From: an uncultured Acidobacteriota bacterium
Lineage (GTDB): Bacteria > Acidobacteriota > Terriglobia > Terriglobales > Acidobacteriaceae
Assembly: GCA_963698805.1 (NCBI GenBank)
Contig: CAVOSN010000005.1
Location: 155,553-219,552, forward strand
DNA length: 64,000 nt
Reading direction: 5' to 3'
Below, piece by piece: positions 27,172 through 37,135 of the stretch (within the stretch, counting starts at the first letter, position 1; each line of letters starts with the position of its first letter). The notes below the pieces were generated by a model. The model was not told the DNA's origin and made no database searches. It saw only the letters and a list, made by a program, of their open reading frames with translations. Position numbers and translations under genes: made by a program.

Positions 27172-30100
27172 TCACTTCGTTCGTGCGCTTCCTCCACCTG
27201 GCGCATCGGCCTGCAACCCTTCGAGAGGCTGCAGGACGAGCGTACATCCTGAGGTCTCGCACGTCACACTAGCTTTGCGCACGATTTTCACCGACGAGAT
27301 CTCCGGGAATCTGACAGGGTATTCTTTCTCGCGGAGTAGGTCGGCAAGCTTGCGCATCTCGGGGGCCCCGTCGAGCCATTCCACTCGTTGTGGTTTGCTC
27401 GATGCTTCGAAGATAAGCGCGAACTGGGCAACTCCCGAGGAGGGTGCCCCGGCAAGCTTGATCGTTCGCATTTTTACCAATTCTGCGGTGGCATCCGTGA
27501 TGAACTTGTCTGAATCCGCACCGGCCAGCTTCGCCAATCGCTCCCGCGATTGAGCAGCGTCCGCGCCTCCTGCCGCAAAGGCAAGAGCAAGCGCGTGGCG
27601 GACGCCTTGTGTTTGTCCTTCCTTCTCCAGAACGCGCGCCACGCGGTTTTGGACCGTACCCGATTGGCTAAGCAGCCAAGAGGACTGCAAAAATCCCAAA
27701 GCCTCCAGGTAGTCTCCTTGCAGGAACTTCGCCCAGCCGGTGCGAGCCCAGGCGAGTGCAACGAGGTCCATGGCGTGATATGCGGATGGTCCCGGATGAT
27801 CAAACTCACCGGAGTCGAACTGGTCCCCAATGTCGTCGAGTGTCTTGCGTGCCTCTTGCCAGGCCTGGTTCGGATCGATGTCGTCGCGCAGGACCGAAGC
27901 ATAGACGTCAGCCCCGGTGCCTAACGAAGATCCGGTTACGCTCTTGACCAGCGCCTCTGACTTCGTCGTTTCTCCAGCTTTCGCATAAAGTCTCGCGAGA
28001 GCTATCTTCACTTCAGGATCATCCGGCGGCAAAGAATCGGCGGCTTCTAGCTCTTTAATCGCCTCTGTATCCTGATTGTGTTCGGCTAACAGCAATCCCA
28101 GATTCTTCTGAGTCAACTTGTTGAATGGCGTGACCTCAAGTTGCCGCCGATAGGCAGCGACAGCGTCGTCGAACTTGCCCGTTTGCTGCAGTTCCCGGGC
28201 AAGATCCTGATTGGCGCTTTTATCGAAAGCATCGACCTCAATCTGCTTTCGGAAGGCACGAATCGCCTCATCGTGTTGTCCCAGAGAAGCATATGTTCGT
28301 CCAAGATCACCCCAAGCACCTTTCTGGGTTGGATCGGCGTCGAGAGAACGTTTCAATAAGTCGGTTGCGGCGCTGAAATCCTGCCGCTGCATTGCCGAAA
28401 TGCCGGCCTTGCGTAATTCTTCCGGCGTGCCAGTCACTTTCGCAGCTTCCGCCATCGCGGTGGCGGAGGCCGGCCTGATGGTTGCGGTCAACACCTGCTG
28501 CACTTCGTTCCCGGTAGTATTTTCAAAAGACTCGTAGTCGCTGCGTCGCGAAGCGGGCAACTCGTTCACCTTCAGAATGAGTTTCTTCTCCGCTTCCAGG
28601 ATATTTTTGTTGAGATCGTAAGAGACCGAGTAGGTGCCATAGTCACGGCTTATCAGTGCTCTGGGCACCCCCTGAATCGTGTAGTTCGAGGGGAACTGAA
28701 TGCGTGCATGGTATAGCTCCTCCACCGTTGGCCCCACATTGAGCGGGTTCATCGGTTTCTTCCGATCCAAGGGCGGCACATGGTGCACTCGCATCGGAGG
28801 CAGGATGCGAAAACTCACTCCGGAATTCGGAACGATGAAGTAATTGTCCTTGTGGTAGTGATAGACAAGATGAAACGGTTTGCTCGTATCTTCGACGGAA
28901 TCCAGATGGACGTCGGAGACGTCTCCCTCCAATCCCCACATGCTGGAAATGCGCTTCAACACATCGGTCCACTCTGCCTGGGAGAGATTGCGGAATGCTG
29001 CCCGCAGAGGTACGTCGCTATCGCCCTGGGCCGTGATCTCAACTGCTGAATCAAACGCGCCGGTCTGAGTAAACTTGCCATCCAGCTTGATCGAGAGCTC
29101 GTTCTTCACAGGGGAATTCGCCGGAGTCCGGTGCACGTCGCCCAATTTCCCGTCTGCAGCCAGGAGCGCCCGCTTGTTCCGGAGCTGATACAAAATCAGC
29201 CCATAGGGAGCGACTTCGGCGGTGGTATCAAGCCATGTCAAGTCGCTTCCCAGTTCGACCGCTGTAATCTCGTGATTGAATTGGGCAGGCGAAGGGATAT
29301 CGGGATCCAGAGCCCGGTAGCTGCTAATGAGCACGGGATAGCTCTGAATTCCTTGCGCGCGCAGCAGTGCTTGCAGCAGCGTGTGCTTGTCCTTGCAATC
29401 ACCAAAGCCGTTTTGCAGGACTTGCGAGGCGGCATGGGGCTGAAGCCGTCCCACACCAAACGAAAGGCTTACATAGCGGATATTCCGCGCTACGTAGTCG
29501 TAGAGCCGCCGGGTCTTCTCCTGAGGTGTGGTCGCCCCGCGCGTCAGTTCTGCTGCTTTGTTGCGAACGCTCTCGTCCACAACCACGCGTTCGCCTTGCA
29601 GCTTGGCATACCATTGCGCGACGTGCTGCCAATCGACGAAGGTTGAGAGCTGGACTTCAGGCGTATAGTCTGGCTCGCTGTCTTCTTCATCGTCCTGATG
29701 TTTTCTGTCAGGATAGGAATCTCGAATCGTCCAGGTGTAGATCCTGCGATCCCCGGAATCGCTGGTCTCGTATTTTCGATCTGGGCTCTTCAGCTTTACA
29801 TCGCGGCTCTTCGGAACGTTGATTTCAAGCTTCTCTTCATGAACTGCCACGTCTTTCAAGAAAGAATGTTCATACCAAAACTCATGGGGCGCGAGAGGCG
29901 TCGTGACATGCGTGACGGTGCGGTACTCGAGGGTGTCGCCCGCCTGCAAGTTTGCTATTGAGACATGCCGCTCACGGTAATCACTATAAGTAGGCGCTTG
30001 GCGTAGCACGTCGGGAGCAAAATCCTGTGCGTTCGCAACCTGTGTTTCGATGACTTGTCCGTTGGGCTTGCGAACCCTTACATAATCGACCTCCAAGCTC

Positions 30101-30369
30101 TCTGTCGCGGATGAGTATCCGAGCACCAGCTGTCCTAATGCCTGAACACCTGCCTGGCTTTGCACGCGAATGACGGCGTTAGTTTCCCGGGTCCCCGTGC
30201 CATCGTCTTCGTAGCGGACCAGGTCGTAAATGCGATCAAAAACGAAAGCTTCCTGGGAAGGATTCTTCTTGGAGTCGCCCTCTACTTGAGCCATCGCACA
30301 TACTGATGCGCTCACCGAAACTGTAAGACAGGCTAACAACAACAGCCGTTTAGAGCAGACACTCGACAT
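27172..30369 (-). CDS. Secreted 1065-aa DUF3857/transglutaminase-like/DUF3858-type protein fused to a C-terminal TPR domain
   Basis: Signal peptide. GFGDCKDKHTLLQALLRAQGI (transglutaminase-core Cys motif). Several TPR units in the C-terminal region of about 400 aa. Confidence 0.85.
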   Translation of the reverse strand: MSSVCSKRLLLLACLTVSVSASVCAMAQVEGDSKKNPSQEAFVFDRIYDLVRYEDDGTGTRETNAVIRVQSQAGVQALGQLVLGYSSATESLEVDYVRVRKPNGQVIETQVANAQDFAPDVLRQAPTYSDYRERHVSIANLQAGDTLEYRTVTHVTTPLAPHEFWYEHSFLKDVAVHEEKLEINVPKSRDVKLKSPDRKYETSDSGDRRIYTWTIRDSYPDRKHQDDEEDSEPDYTPEVQLSTFVDWQHVAQWYAKLQGERVVVDESVRNKAAELTRGATTPQEKTRRLYDYVARNIRYVSLSFGVGRLQPHAASQVLQNGFGDCKDKHTLLQALLRAQGIQSYPVLISSYRALDPDIPSPAQFNHEITAVELGSDLTWLDTTAEVAPYGLILYQLRNKRALLAADGKLGDVHRTPANSPVKNELSIKLDGKFTQTGAFDSAVEITAQGDSDVPLRAAFRNLSQAEWTDVLKRISSMWGLEGDVSDVHLDSVEDTSKPFHLVYHYHKDNYFIVPNSGVSFRILPPMRVHHVPPLDRKKPMNPLNVGPTVEELYHARIQFPSNYTIQGVPRALISRDYGTYSVSYDLNKNILEAEKKLILKVNELPASRRSDYESFENTTGNEVQQVLTATIRPASATAMAEAAKVTGTPEELRKAGISAMQRQDFSAATDLLKRSLDADPTQKGAWGDLGRTYASLGQHDEAIRAFRKQIEVDAFDKSANQDLARELQQTGKFDDAVAAYRRQLEVTPFNKLTQKNLGLLLAEHNQDTEAIKELEAADSLPPDDPEVKIALARLYAKAGETTKSEALVKSVTGSSLGTGADVYASVLRDDIDPNQAWQEARKTLDDIGDQFDSGEFDHPGPSAYHAMDLVALAWARTGWAKFLQGDYLEALGFLQSSWLLSQSGTVQNRVARVLEKEGQTQGVRHALALAFAAGGADAAQSRERLAKLAGADSDKFITDATAELVKMRTIKLAGAPSSGVAQFALIFEASSKPQRVEWLDGAPEMRKLADLLREKEYPVRFPEISSVKIVRKASVTCETSGCTLVLQPLEGLQADAPGGGSARTK

Positions 30370-30592
30370 AGCACTTCCTTGACTCGCGCCTGAGACGGAC
30401 GGAATTGTATAGTTAAATCTAATGATCGTGAACTGCCCCGAATGGTTACTCCTCCGATGAGTTGTTCCGGAGATGCGCGGATGAGAGAAGTAGGAGGATC
30501 GCCGCCACCCTCAGCAAGAGCCTGGCTTGTCGAGTTCGCGGCAGGCTGCTAAACCGTGTTGGATCGGCTGACGGTCACTCGCGCTTCTGGAA

Positions 30593-32224
30593 TCAATCCG
30601 CCGTCGCTTTTGTAGACCAGGCCCAGTCCTGAAACTGCTTGCGCAACGCGGACTTCAACAGCTTGCCCGTCGACGTGTGCGGCAAGCTGGCTACGAAGAT
30701 GAACTCATCGGGTAATTGCCATTTAGCGAACTTGCAGGCTAGAAAAGAGCGCAGTTCTTCGGGCGTGACGTGGCAGCCCTCCTTCAGCACGACTGCCGCG
30801 AGCGGCCTTTCTTGCCACTTGGGATGCGGAGCCGCGACCACCGCTGCCTCCTGCACGGCCGGGTGGGCGACGATAGCGTTCTCCACGTCGACGGAACTGA
30901 TCCATTCCCCTCCCGACTTGATGAGATCCTTGGTTCGGTCCGTGATCTTGACGTAGCCCTCAGCGTCGATGGTCACCACGTCGCCCGTGCGAAACCAGCC
31001 GTCGTTTGTCCAGCGATTCATCTCATCGGGTAAGTTGTGGTAGCTGGCGGCAATGAAGGGACCGCGGATTTCCAGTTCGCCTGGAGTTTTGCCGTCCCAG
31101 GGGATTTCTCCGTCATCTGCCGTGGCCCGGATTTCGATAAACGGGGACGCCAGTCCTTGCTTGGCGCGAAGCTCAAATTTTTGATCCTCCGACCAGTCCT
31201 CCATGCCGGGCTTGAGCGTGCACACCGTGGCAATGGGAGTGGTCTCGGTCATACCCCAGGGCTGAATCACGCGCACGCCGAACTTCTCGAAACGACGGAA
31301 CAAGCTTTCCGGAGCGGCCGACCCTGCGACCACGATGCGCAGCCCGGGCAAAAGTTGCCAACGCTCCGGTTGGCGCTCCAAAGTGTCGATGACACTCAGC
31401 CAGACGGTGGGCACACCTCCGGTCAGCGTCACGCGTTCCGCGGACAAGAGGTCCAACAGTTTTTCTGGCTGAAGATTGGGCCCGGGTAACACCAACTTGC
31501 TGCCATTCATGACCGCCGCATGCGGCAGTCCCCAGGCATTGGCATGGAACATCGACATGGCGGGCAAGATGCAATCGAATCGCGAGAGAGAAAAATTGTC
31601 GGGCAGCGAGATGGAATAGGAATGCAGCGCGATAGCACGATGGGAATACACGACACCTTTCGGCTTTCCGGTTGTGCCCGAGGTGTAGCACATGGCGGCG
31701 GCGTCGTTTTCGTCGAGATCCGGGAAGAGGGGGCTATTGCGATTTTCAGCCAGCAGGGTTTCGTAATTTTCGAAACCTGCGGGCACGGTTTTCCCACTGA
31801 ACGGGACCACGAAGACGCGCTCAAAGTTCACTTTGCTTTTGAGGTCTTCAAATATGTGCAGTAGCACATCGTCCACGATCAAGAAGCGGTCTTGAGCATG
31901 ATTGATGATGTACGCGAGTTCGTCGGGATGGAGGCGAAGATTCAGGGTGTGCAACACGCCGCCGGCGCAAGGAACGCCGAAGTAAGCTTCCAGGTGCGCG
32001 TGATGGTTCCACATCAGGCTGGCGACGCGATCGCCACGTTGTAGGCCCGCCGTCTGCAGAACAGCCGCAAGGGATCGTGCACGCCGGGACACTTCTCCGT
32101 ACGTAGAACGGTGTATCGAGTTGTCAGGGCGGCTGGAGACGACTTCGACTTTCGGGAAGAGTGTTGCCGCCCGCTCCAGGAGCGGTCTCAGGGTGAGGGG
32201 AAACTGCATCATTGTTCCCTTCAT
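30593..32224 (-). CDS. AMP-dependent acyl-CoA synthetase/ligase (long-chain fatty-acid-CoA ligase-like)
   Basis: 543-aa ORF with YTSGTTGKPKGV AMP-binding motif and TGDV ... DRTKDLIKSGGEWIS. Confidence 0.9.
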   Translation of the reverse strand: MKGTMMQFPLTLRPLLERAATLFPKVEVVSSRPDNSIHRSTYGEVSRRARSLAAVLQTAGLQRGDRVASLMWNHHAHLEAYFGVPCAGGVLHTLNLRLHPDELAYIINHAQDRFLIVDDVLLHIFEDLKSKVNFERVFVVPFSGKTVPAGFENYETLLAENRNSPLFPDLDENDAAAMCYTSGTTGKPKGVVYSHRAIALHSYSISLPDNFSLSRFDCILPAMSMFHANAWGLPHAAVMNGSKLVLPGPNLQPEKLLDLLSAERVTLTGGVPTVWLSVIDTLERQPERWQLLPGLRIVVAGSAAPESLFRRFEKFGVRVIQPWGMTETTPIATVCTLKPGMEDWSEDQKFELRAKQGLASPFIEIRATADDGEIPWDGKTPGELEIRGPFIAASYHNLPDEMNRWTNDGWFRTGDVVTIDAEGYVKITDRTKDLIKSGGEWISSVDVENAIVAHPAVQEAAVVAAPHPKWQERPLAAVVLKEGCHVTPEELRSFLACKFAKWQLPDEFIFVASLPHTSTGKLLKSALRKQFQDWAWSTKATAD

Positions 32225-32459
32225 GCGGCACCTCGTTTCAAAGATCTCGCTCTGTGGCTAAGGGCACGAGGATTCTACGCCGAACGGGCGGTTGCGTCTG
32301 ACAAGATTCAGCCATGCCCGATGGCCGGGAACTTGGCCAGGCCGGAGTGTCGTTCGCATCGTAAGCCGCAATCACCACAGCTGGAACACTTCGAAAAAGA
32401 TTGCATTGCCGACAGGAAATGCCATCATCAATCGCAGCAAAAATATCAAGGAGACTGGC

Positions 32460-34163
32460 ATGCGTCTTTCTTTGGGGATTCATTTGCGGAAGGCGGCAAC
32501 TACTCTATTGCTGGCAGGAGGACTGTTCCTTTGTGCGACGAGCAAGTTGCAAGCAGCACGATCCGCCTCGGTCGCTTCAGGAAAGAATGGGGTCGTCGTC
32601 GCCGGAGAGAAGAGGGCAGCGGAGATTGGGACGCAAGTGCTGGAAAAAGGCGGAAACGCCGCGGATGCAACGACGGCAGCCCTGCTCGCCTTGAGCGTGA
32701 CGAAAATTGGTGCTTTCACCATAGGCGGAGAGGCCTCGGTCATTCTCTACGATGCCCATCAGCGGAAAGCCCATGCGCTGTGGGCGCAAGGAGCTGCTCC
32801 GCTCGATCCGCAAGCGATTGCGTGGTACCTGAAGAATGGAATGCCTGCCAGCGACATCCGTACCGCAGCCGTGCCGGCAGCGGTGGATCTGTGTGTCACG
32901 TTGCTCAAGCAGTATGGGACGATTTCGTTTGAAGAAGCCGTCAAACCGACTTTGGCACTGCTCGATGCGGGAGGGCCGACCTGGTACATCGATACCTCGG
33001 ATGGAAGCAAAATTGAGACGGGCCGAAACTGGCAAGCGGATTTAGCCCGCACGCTACGCAAACTGGTCGAAGCGGAACAAAAAACTAAGGGAAACCGCGA
33101 GGTCCGGCTGCAAGCGGTGGCTGACCGCTTTTATCGCGGCGATATCGCGGACGAGTTGGAAGTCTGGTACATATCGCAGGGAGGATTTCTGCGAAAACGG
33201 GATCTGGCGGCCCACCGGACCTATATCGAAGATCCGGTTTCCCTGGATTACCGCGGATATCAAGTATTGAAGTGCGGCCCCTGGACGCAGGGCCCTTTCT
33301 TGTTGGAAGGGCTCCGCTTGCTGGAAGGATTTGATCTCAAGAAAATGGGGCTGCTCTCGCCGGACTACATCCACACCGTTACCGAAGTGATGAAGCTGGC
33401 CATGGCGGATCGAGATGAGTACTATGCCGATCCGCGATTTGTGGAAGTACCGATCAAAGGGCTGCTCTCTGAGGAATACACAAAAATCCGGCGGCCGCTG
33501 ATTGATCCGCATCAAGCATCGCTCGAACTTCGTCCCGGCGATCCTTATCAAATGAAAGCGGTCAAGAAAGGATTGCGGTCTTTCCCAACCCAGGGAGGAA
33601 CCACTACGCTTACCGTGGTGGACCGTTGGGGAAATATGGTGGCCGCTACGCCCAGCGGGCTGGGCAGCACGGCTGGTCCAGCTGGGAACACCGGCATCAT
33701 TCATGGCAGCCGATTGATCAGTCTTAACACTTGGCCTGGACATCCGAATTGCATTGCCCCTGGCAAGCGGCCGAGAATTACCTTGAGTCCAGCCCTGGTG
33801 CTGAAAGCGGGGAAGCCGGTGGTTGCCATTAGCGTTGCGGGAGGGGATTTGCAGGACCAGGCCGGCCTGCAGCTCATCCTCGATTCCATTGAATTTGGCA
33901 TGCACGCAGCCACGGCTGTGTCGACTCCTCGCTTCGCAACCGCGCACCATATCAGCTCGTTTGGTCCGGAGGGGCCGAAGTTGGGTAGCTTGCAAGTGAA
34001 TCGTGATGTTCCGGAAGAAACGGTAAAGGAGTTGGAACATCGTGGCCACAAAGTGGAACTCACTTCCGGAGAAATTGGAGGAGCCGCAATGATTTCATGC
34101 GACCTTGCCGCTAGCGTGGACTGCGAAGGAAGTGGATCTGCTGCTCAGAACGCTGGGAAATAG
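32460..34163 (+). CDS. ggt: Gamma-glutamyltransferase family protein
   Basis: AAGGAGAC then ATG 32460, followed by a signal peptide. GGTTTLTVVDRWGNMVAATPS (autoprocessing Thr region). Confidence 0.9.
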   Translation: MRLSLGIHLRKAATTLLLAGGLFLCATSKLQAARSASVASGKNGVVVAGEKRAAEIGTQVLEKGGNAADATTAALLALSVTKIGAFTIGGEASVILYDAHQRKAHALWAQGAAPLDPQAIAWYLKNGMPASDIRTAAVPAAVDLCVTLLKQYGTISFEEAVKPTLALLDAGGPTWYIDTSDGSKIETGRNWQADLARTLRKLVEAEQKTKGNREVRLQAVADRFYRGDIADELEVWYISQGGFLRKRDLAAHRTYIEDPVSLDYRGYQVLKCGPWTQGPFLLEGLRLLEGFDLKKMGLLSPDYIHTVTEVMKLAMADRDEYYADPRFVEVPIKGLLSEEYTKIRRPLIDPHQASLELRPGDPYQMKAVKKGLRSFPTQGGTTTLTVVDRWGNMVAATPSGLGSTAGPAGNTGIIHGSRLISLNTWPGHPNCIAPGKRPRITLSPALVLKAGKPVVAISVAGGDLQDQAGLQLILDSIEFGMHAATAVSTPRFATAHHISSFGPEGPKLGSLQVNRDVPEETVKELEHRGHKVELTSGEIGGAAMISCDLAASVDCEGSGSAAQNAGK

Positions 34164-34187
34164 GCTCGAGCGGGAAGTGTTCGAAAG

Positions 34188-34802
34188 ATGAACCGCGCAT
34201 CGGTGAAGCTTAAGGTTCTGCCTCTCACTCCCAAGTTGTGGCCAGCACTCGAGGACCTGTTCGGCGAGAACGGTGCCTGCAACGGCTGCTGGTGCATGTA
34301 TTGGCGGATAGGCAAAGCGTATTGCAAAAGACCGCTCGCGAAGAACAAAGCGGAGTTACACGACATCGTGAAGAAGGGGCCATCTCCGGGCTTGCTCGCC
34401 TTCCAAGGGGATATGGCGGTGGGCTGGTGCCAGCTCACTCCCCGTGATGCGTTGCCCTGGCTGGATCGCACCTGGCGGCTCCGGCGAGTGGACGATGTGC
34501 CGGTGTGGTCGATCTCCTGCTTCTACATTCGCAAGGGCTATCGCAGGCAGGGCGTTACGTCCGCGCTCATCGCAGGCGCGTTGAAAGCTGCAAAACGTGC
34601 AGGTGCACCGGCTCTGGAAGCTTATCCTCTTGATGCAGACTTGACGGGCAGTTCTTCATGGACCGGTTATGCCTCAACGTTCGCCCGAGCGGGCTTCAGA
34701 GTCGTTGGTTGTCACACACCGCCTCGTCCTATCATGCGCCGCGATCTGACGACGGCGCCCAAGCGAGCTTCAGTGCGCAGTCGCGTCGCTAAGAAAGTTT
34801 AG
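34188..34802 (+). CDS. GNAT-family acetyltransferase
   Basis: 204-aa ORF. FYIRKGYRRQGVTSALIAGALKAAKRAGAPALEAYP matches the GNAT motif A region. Confidence 0.75.
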   Translation: MNRASVKLKVLPLTPKLWPALEDLFGENGACNGCWCMYWRIGKAYCKRPLAKNKAELHDIVKKGPSPGLLAFQGDMAVGWCQLTPRDALPWLDRTWRLRRVDDVPVWSISCFYIRKGYRRQGVTSALIAGALKAAKRAGAPALEAYPLDADLTGSSSWTGYASTFARAGFRVVGCHTPPRPIMRRDLTTAPKRASVRSRVAKKV

Positions 34803-34855
34803 GTCGATCGCGAATCGCTGAATGAATGCGCTTAGAACGACTTTTTCCGGGGAAC

Positions 34856-34886
34856 AAAAAAATCAGGGCGACCTTAGTCGCCCTGA
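34856..34886 (-). terminator. Rho-independent terminator of the OMP gene
   Basis: TCAGGGCGAC-ctta-GTCGCCCTGA (10-bp perfect stem) with an A7 run on the plus strand, which is a U-tract on the minus strand. Confidence 0.65.
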
Positions 34887-34908
34887 GCACTGCCAAACTT
34901 CTGAAGTG

Positions 34909-35436
34909 CTAGTAGCGGAAGAGAATGCCCGTGGAGATCCGCATGTTGTTGTTGTCGCTGGCGCCGTTGGAATGCAGCGAGAGCCAGTCGAATTGGACCG
35001 CTCGCAACGCAAGGTGCTGCGAAGCCTTCACGTCGAGGCCGCCACCGAACATCATGGCGAAGCCGTTATCCGATCCAGAACCCACACCACTGATGGAAGC
35101 GGAGGCGTGGTTGCCACCGGCCAGGAAGTGTGCGAACGGAGTGAAGGTTTCGTTGTGGCGATAGGAAATCACCGGCCCGAAGGTATAGGTGTAGTTGTTG
35201 AAGCTCACGCCGTTCTGGGTTTTGTACGCGCCGCTGAAATCAGCAGCAATGCCGAACCAGTTGTTCAGATTGCCGGTCAGGGACGTATTCCAGCCATTCG
35301 CGTTCACGCCGCCGTCGAAGCGGGTGTACTGGTAGCCGCCGAAGATTTCTGCCTTCGGCGTATTGCCGCCTTCTTGCGCGAATGCCGCCAGGGAAACCAA
35401 GCTCACCAACAGTGCCAACCCAATAAAGTTACGCAT
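34909..35436 (-). CDS. Small outer-membrane beta-barrel protein (OmpA-like beta-barrel/OmpW-like class)
   Basis: 175-aa ORF with a signal peptide and an alternating hydrophobic pattern. C-terminal ...GILFRY with terminal aromatic residue. Confidence 0.8.
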   Translation of the reverse strand: MRNFIGLALLVSLVSLAAFAQEGGNTPKAEIFGGYQYTRFDGGVNANGWNTSLTGNLNNWFGIAADFSGAYKTQNGVSFNNYTYTFGPVISYRHNETFTPFAHFLAGGNHASASISGVGSGSDNGFAMMFGGGLDVKASQHLALRAVQFDWLSLHSNGASDNNNMRISTGILFRY

Positions 35437-35560
35437 CTACTGAACTCCTAAATACTGAAATTGCACTCCTCTCCGGTCGAGGGACTCAGCGGTAGCAAAG
35501 AAACAGGCGTACCCGAGAGTGCGCCTGATGCTGAAGTCAAAGTGCTGCCTATAGTGGAAT

Positions 35561-36727
35561 TCAGTACGGAATAGCGGGCAAGTAACTGAAGACAGAGGAC
35601 AATCGGTCTTTGGTAATAGTGCCGGAAGTGCCTGCAAGATCGTACGGTTGCGTCTGCCGGTGGAGCACCGGGCCGTTGGTCGGGCCGTCTCCTTCGCGAT
35701 GCCGGCGCAGGATCGGTCGGTCGCCCCACTCCAGCTTGGCCTTCACTTCCTGGAACTCGCTGGTGTCGAGGATGTAGTCATTTCGGCTGGGAAGAAGCTG
35801 GGCAATCTCGGACTGCGCCTTCTGGATGCGTTCCTCAGTGGGCGGGTAGTTGGAGAAGGCGTTCGTAAACTTGTTATGGAGCGGCACCTTAGCCGCAACC
35901 GGCAGAGCCTTATTGATACGAGCCCGCATCTGGGCGTCTCGAGCCTGCAATTTTTCCAGAGCGTCAATAAAGGTCTGCGGATCGTAGCCGGCGGCGTACT
36001 GATATTCGAGGCCGAGCAGGTCGGCTTCAAATTCGGCGTCGCGGCTGAACTTCTTCAGCGTAAGAGGCGCGATCTGCCGGGTGGCGATGGCGGCGGGACC
36101 GCTGAGGTAAGTGATCGGAATCGAGAGCAGGTTCCATGCGTATTTTCGGCTGACGAGGCGAGTCGTATGGCGAGCTGCAACGTGCGCAATTTCGTGAGCC
36201 ATCAGGCCGGCGAGTTCCGATTCGCTGTCGACCGCCATGATCAATCCCTTGTCGACATAAAGGATGCCGCCGGGCAGGGAAAAAATTCTGAGGTCCGGTG
36301 AATCGATCACCTTCGTGGTAAGCATCACCTGCGCGTCGGAATTGCGGGCGATTTTCTGGCCGAGCCGGCTGATGTAGTCGTTGATCTCAAAGTCGGCGAC
36401 AAATTTCGTGCCGCGATCGATGGTCGATGCCATCGACTCGCCAAGGGCGTGCTCTTTCTGCATGGAGTAGATATTCACGCCGTGGCCGACGTCCCGCTGG
36501 CCTATGCGGTTGATGTCGTACTTGCCGGGCTTTTCGGTTTGCAGTTCAGGAGCGATCGAAGGCTGCGTTGTCGAGGTCACGGAAATCGCGGCTTCTTCGG
36601 CGGCCGGCTTGGAGGTGTGAGGTGCGGCATCGTCCGAGGCCCACACCTGCTGCGTGCAGAACAGCAAGCTCGTCGTGCAGACCACAAGCCGCGCGTAGTG
36701 GCGAATGGGAGAAGTGAAGTATTTCAT
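35561..36727 (-). CDS. Secreted M48-family Zn metalloprotease
   Basis: HEIAHVAARH (HExxH). Start chosen at MKYFTSPIRHYARLVVCTTSLLFCTQQVWA (36727) rather than the longer ORF start at 36955. Confidence 0.85.
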   Translation of the reverse strand: MKYFTSPIRHYARLVVCTTSLLFCTQQVWASDDAAPHTSKPAAEEAAISVTSTTQPSIAPELQTEKPGKYDINRIGQRDVGHGVNIYSMQKEHALGESMASTIDRGTKFVADFEINDYISRLGQKIARNSDAQVMLTTKVIDSPDLRIFSLPGGILYVDKGLIMAVDSESELAGLMAHEIAHVAARHTTRLVSRKYAWNLLSIPITYLSGPAAIATRQIAPLTLKKFSRDAEFEADLLGLEYQYAAGYDPQTFIDALEKLQARDAQMRARINKALPVAAKVPLHNKFTNAFSNYPPTEERIQKAQSEIAQLLPSRNDYILDTSEFQEVKAKLEWGDRPILRRHREGDGPTNGPVLHRQTQPYDLAGTSGTITKDRLSSVFSYLPAIPY

Positions 36728-37052
36728 TGGTGATCCGCCGGAAATGGTTCGTAAGGTATACCTCAGCGCTGGCGGAGTGCAACAGGCGTTTACACTGCGG
36801 CTGGTTGTGAAAGGGTTTTCACATCTTGGTAAAGTTCTTGGCGTGGAAAGCCGCACGGGGCGGCCTGAGGCAGCGACTTCGGATGGCACGATTTGGGGAG
36901 CGACCGCGGCTTCAGTGCCGTGGAAAGGCAGCGAATCTACGCCGTAAAGCCCCACTTATTCACCCCAACGCCGGGATCCGTTGCTCTCGGAGTTGCCCGA
37001 CGCTCTTGTAGCTCTGGTTGGGGATAGAGCACGGGGAAGTCCAAAGTGTCGC

Positions 37053-37067
37053 GGGAGGGTGGGTGGG
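37053..37067 (+). other. Canonical G-quadruplex motif GGGAGGGTGGGTGGG
   Basis: Four G3 tracts separated by single-nt loops, in the divergent spacer between the M48 and DUF4262-like genes. Confidence 0.6.
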
Positions 37068-37135
37068 TGTGATTTGGTGACGACGGTGCGTCTTGAATCC
37101 ATAGGGTTACCATGGGTTCCGTCGGAATATTTTGA

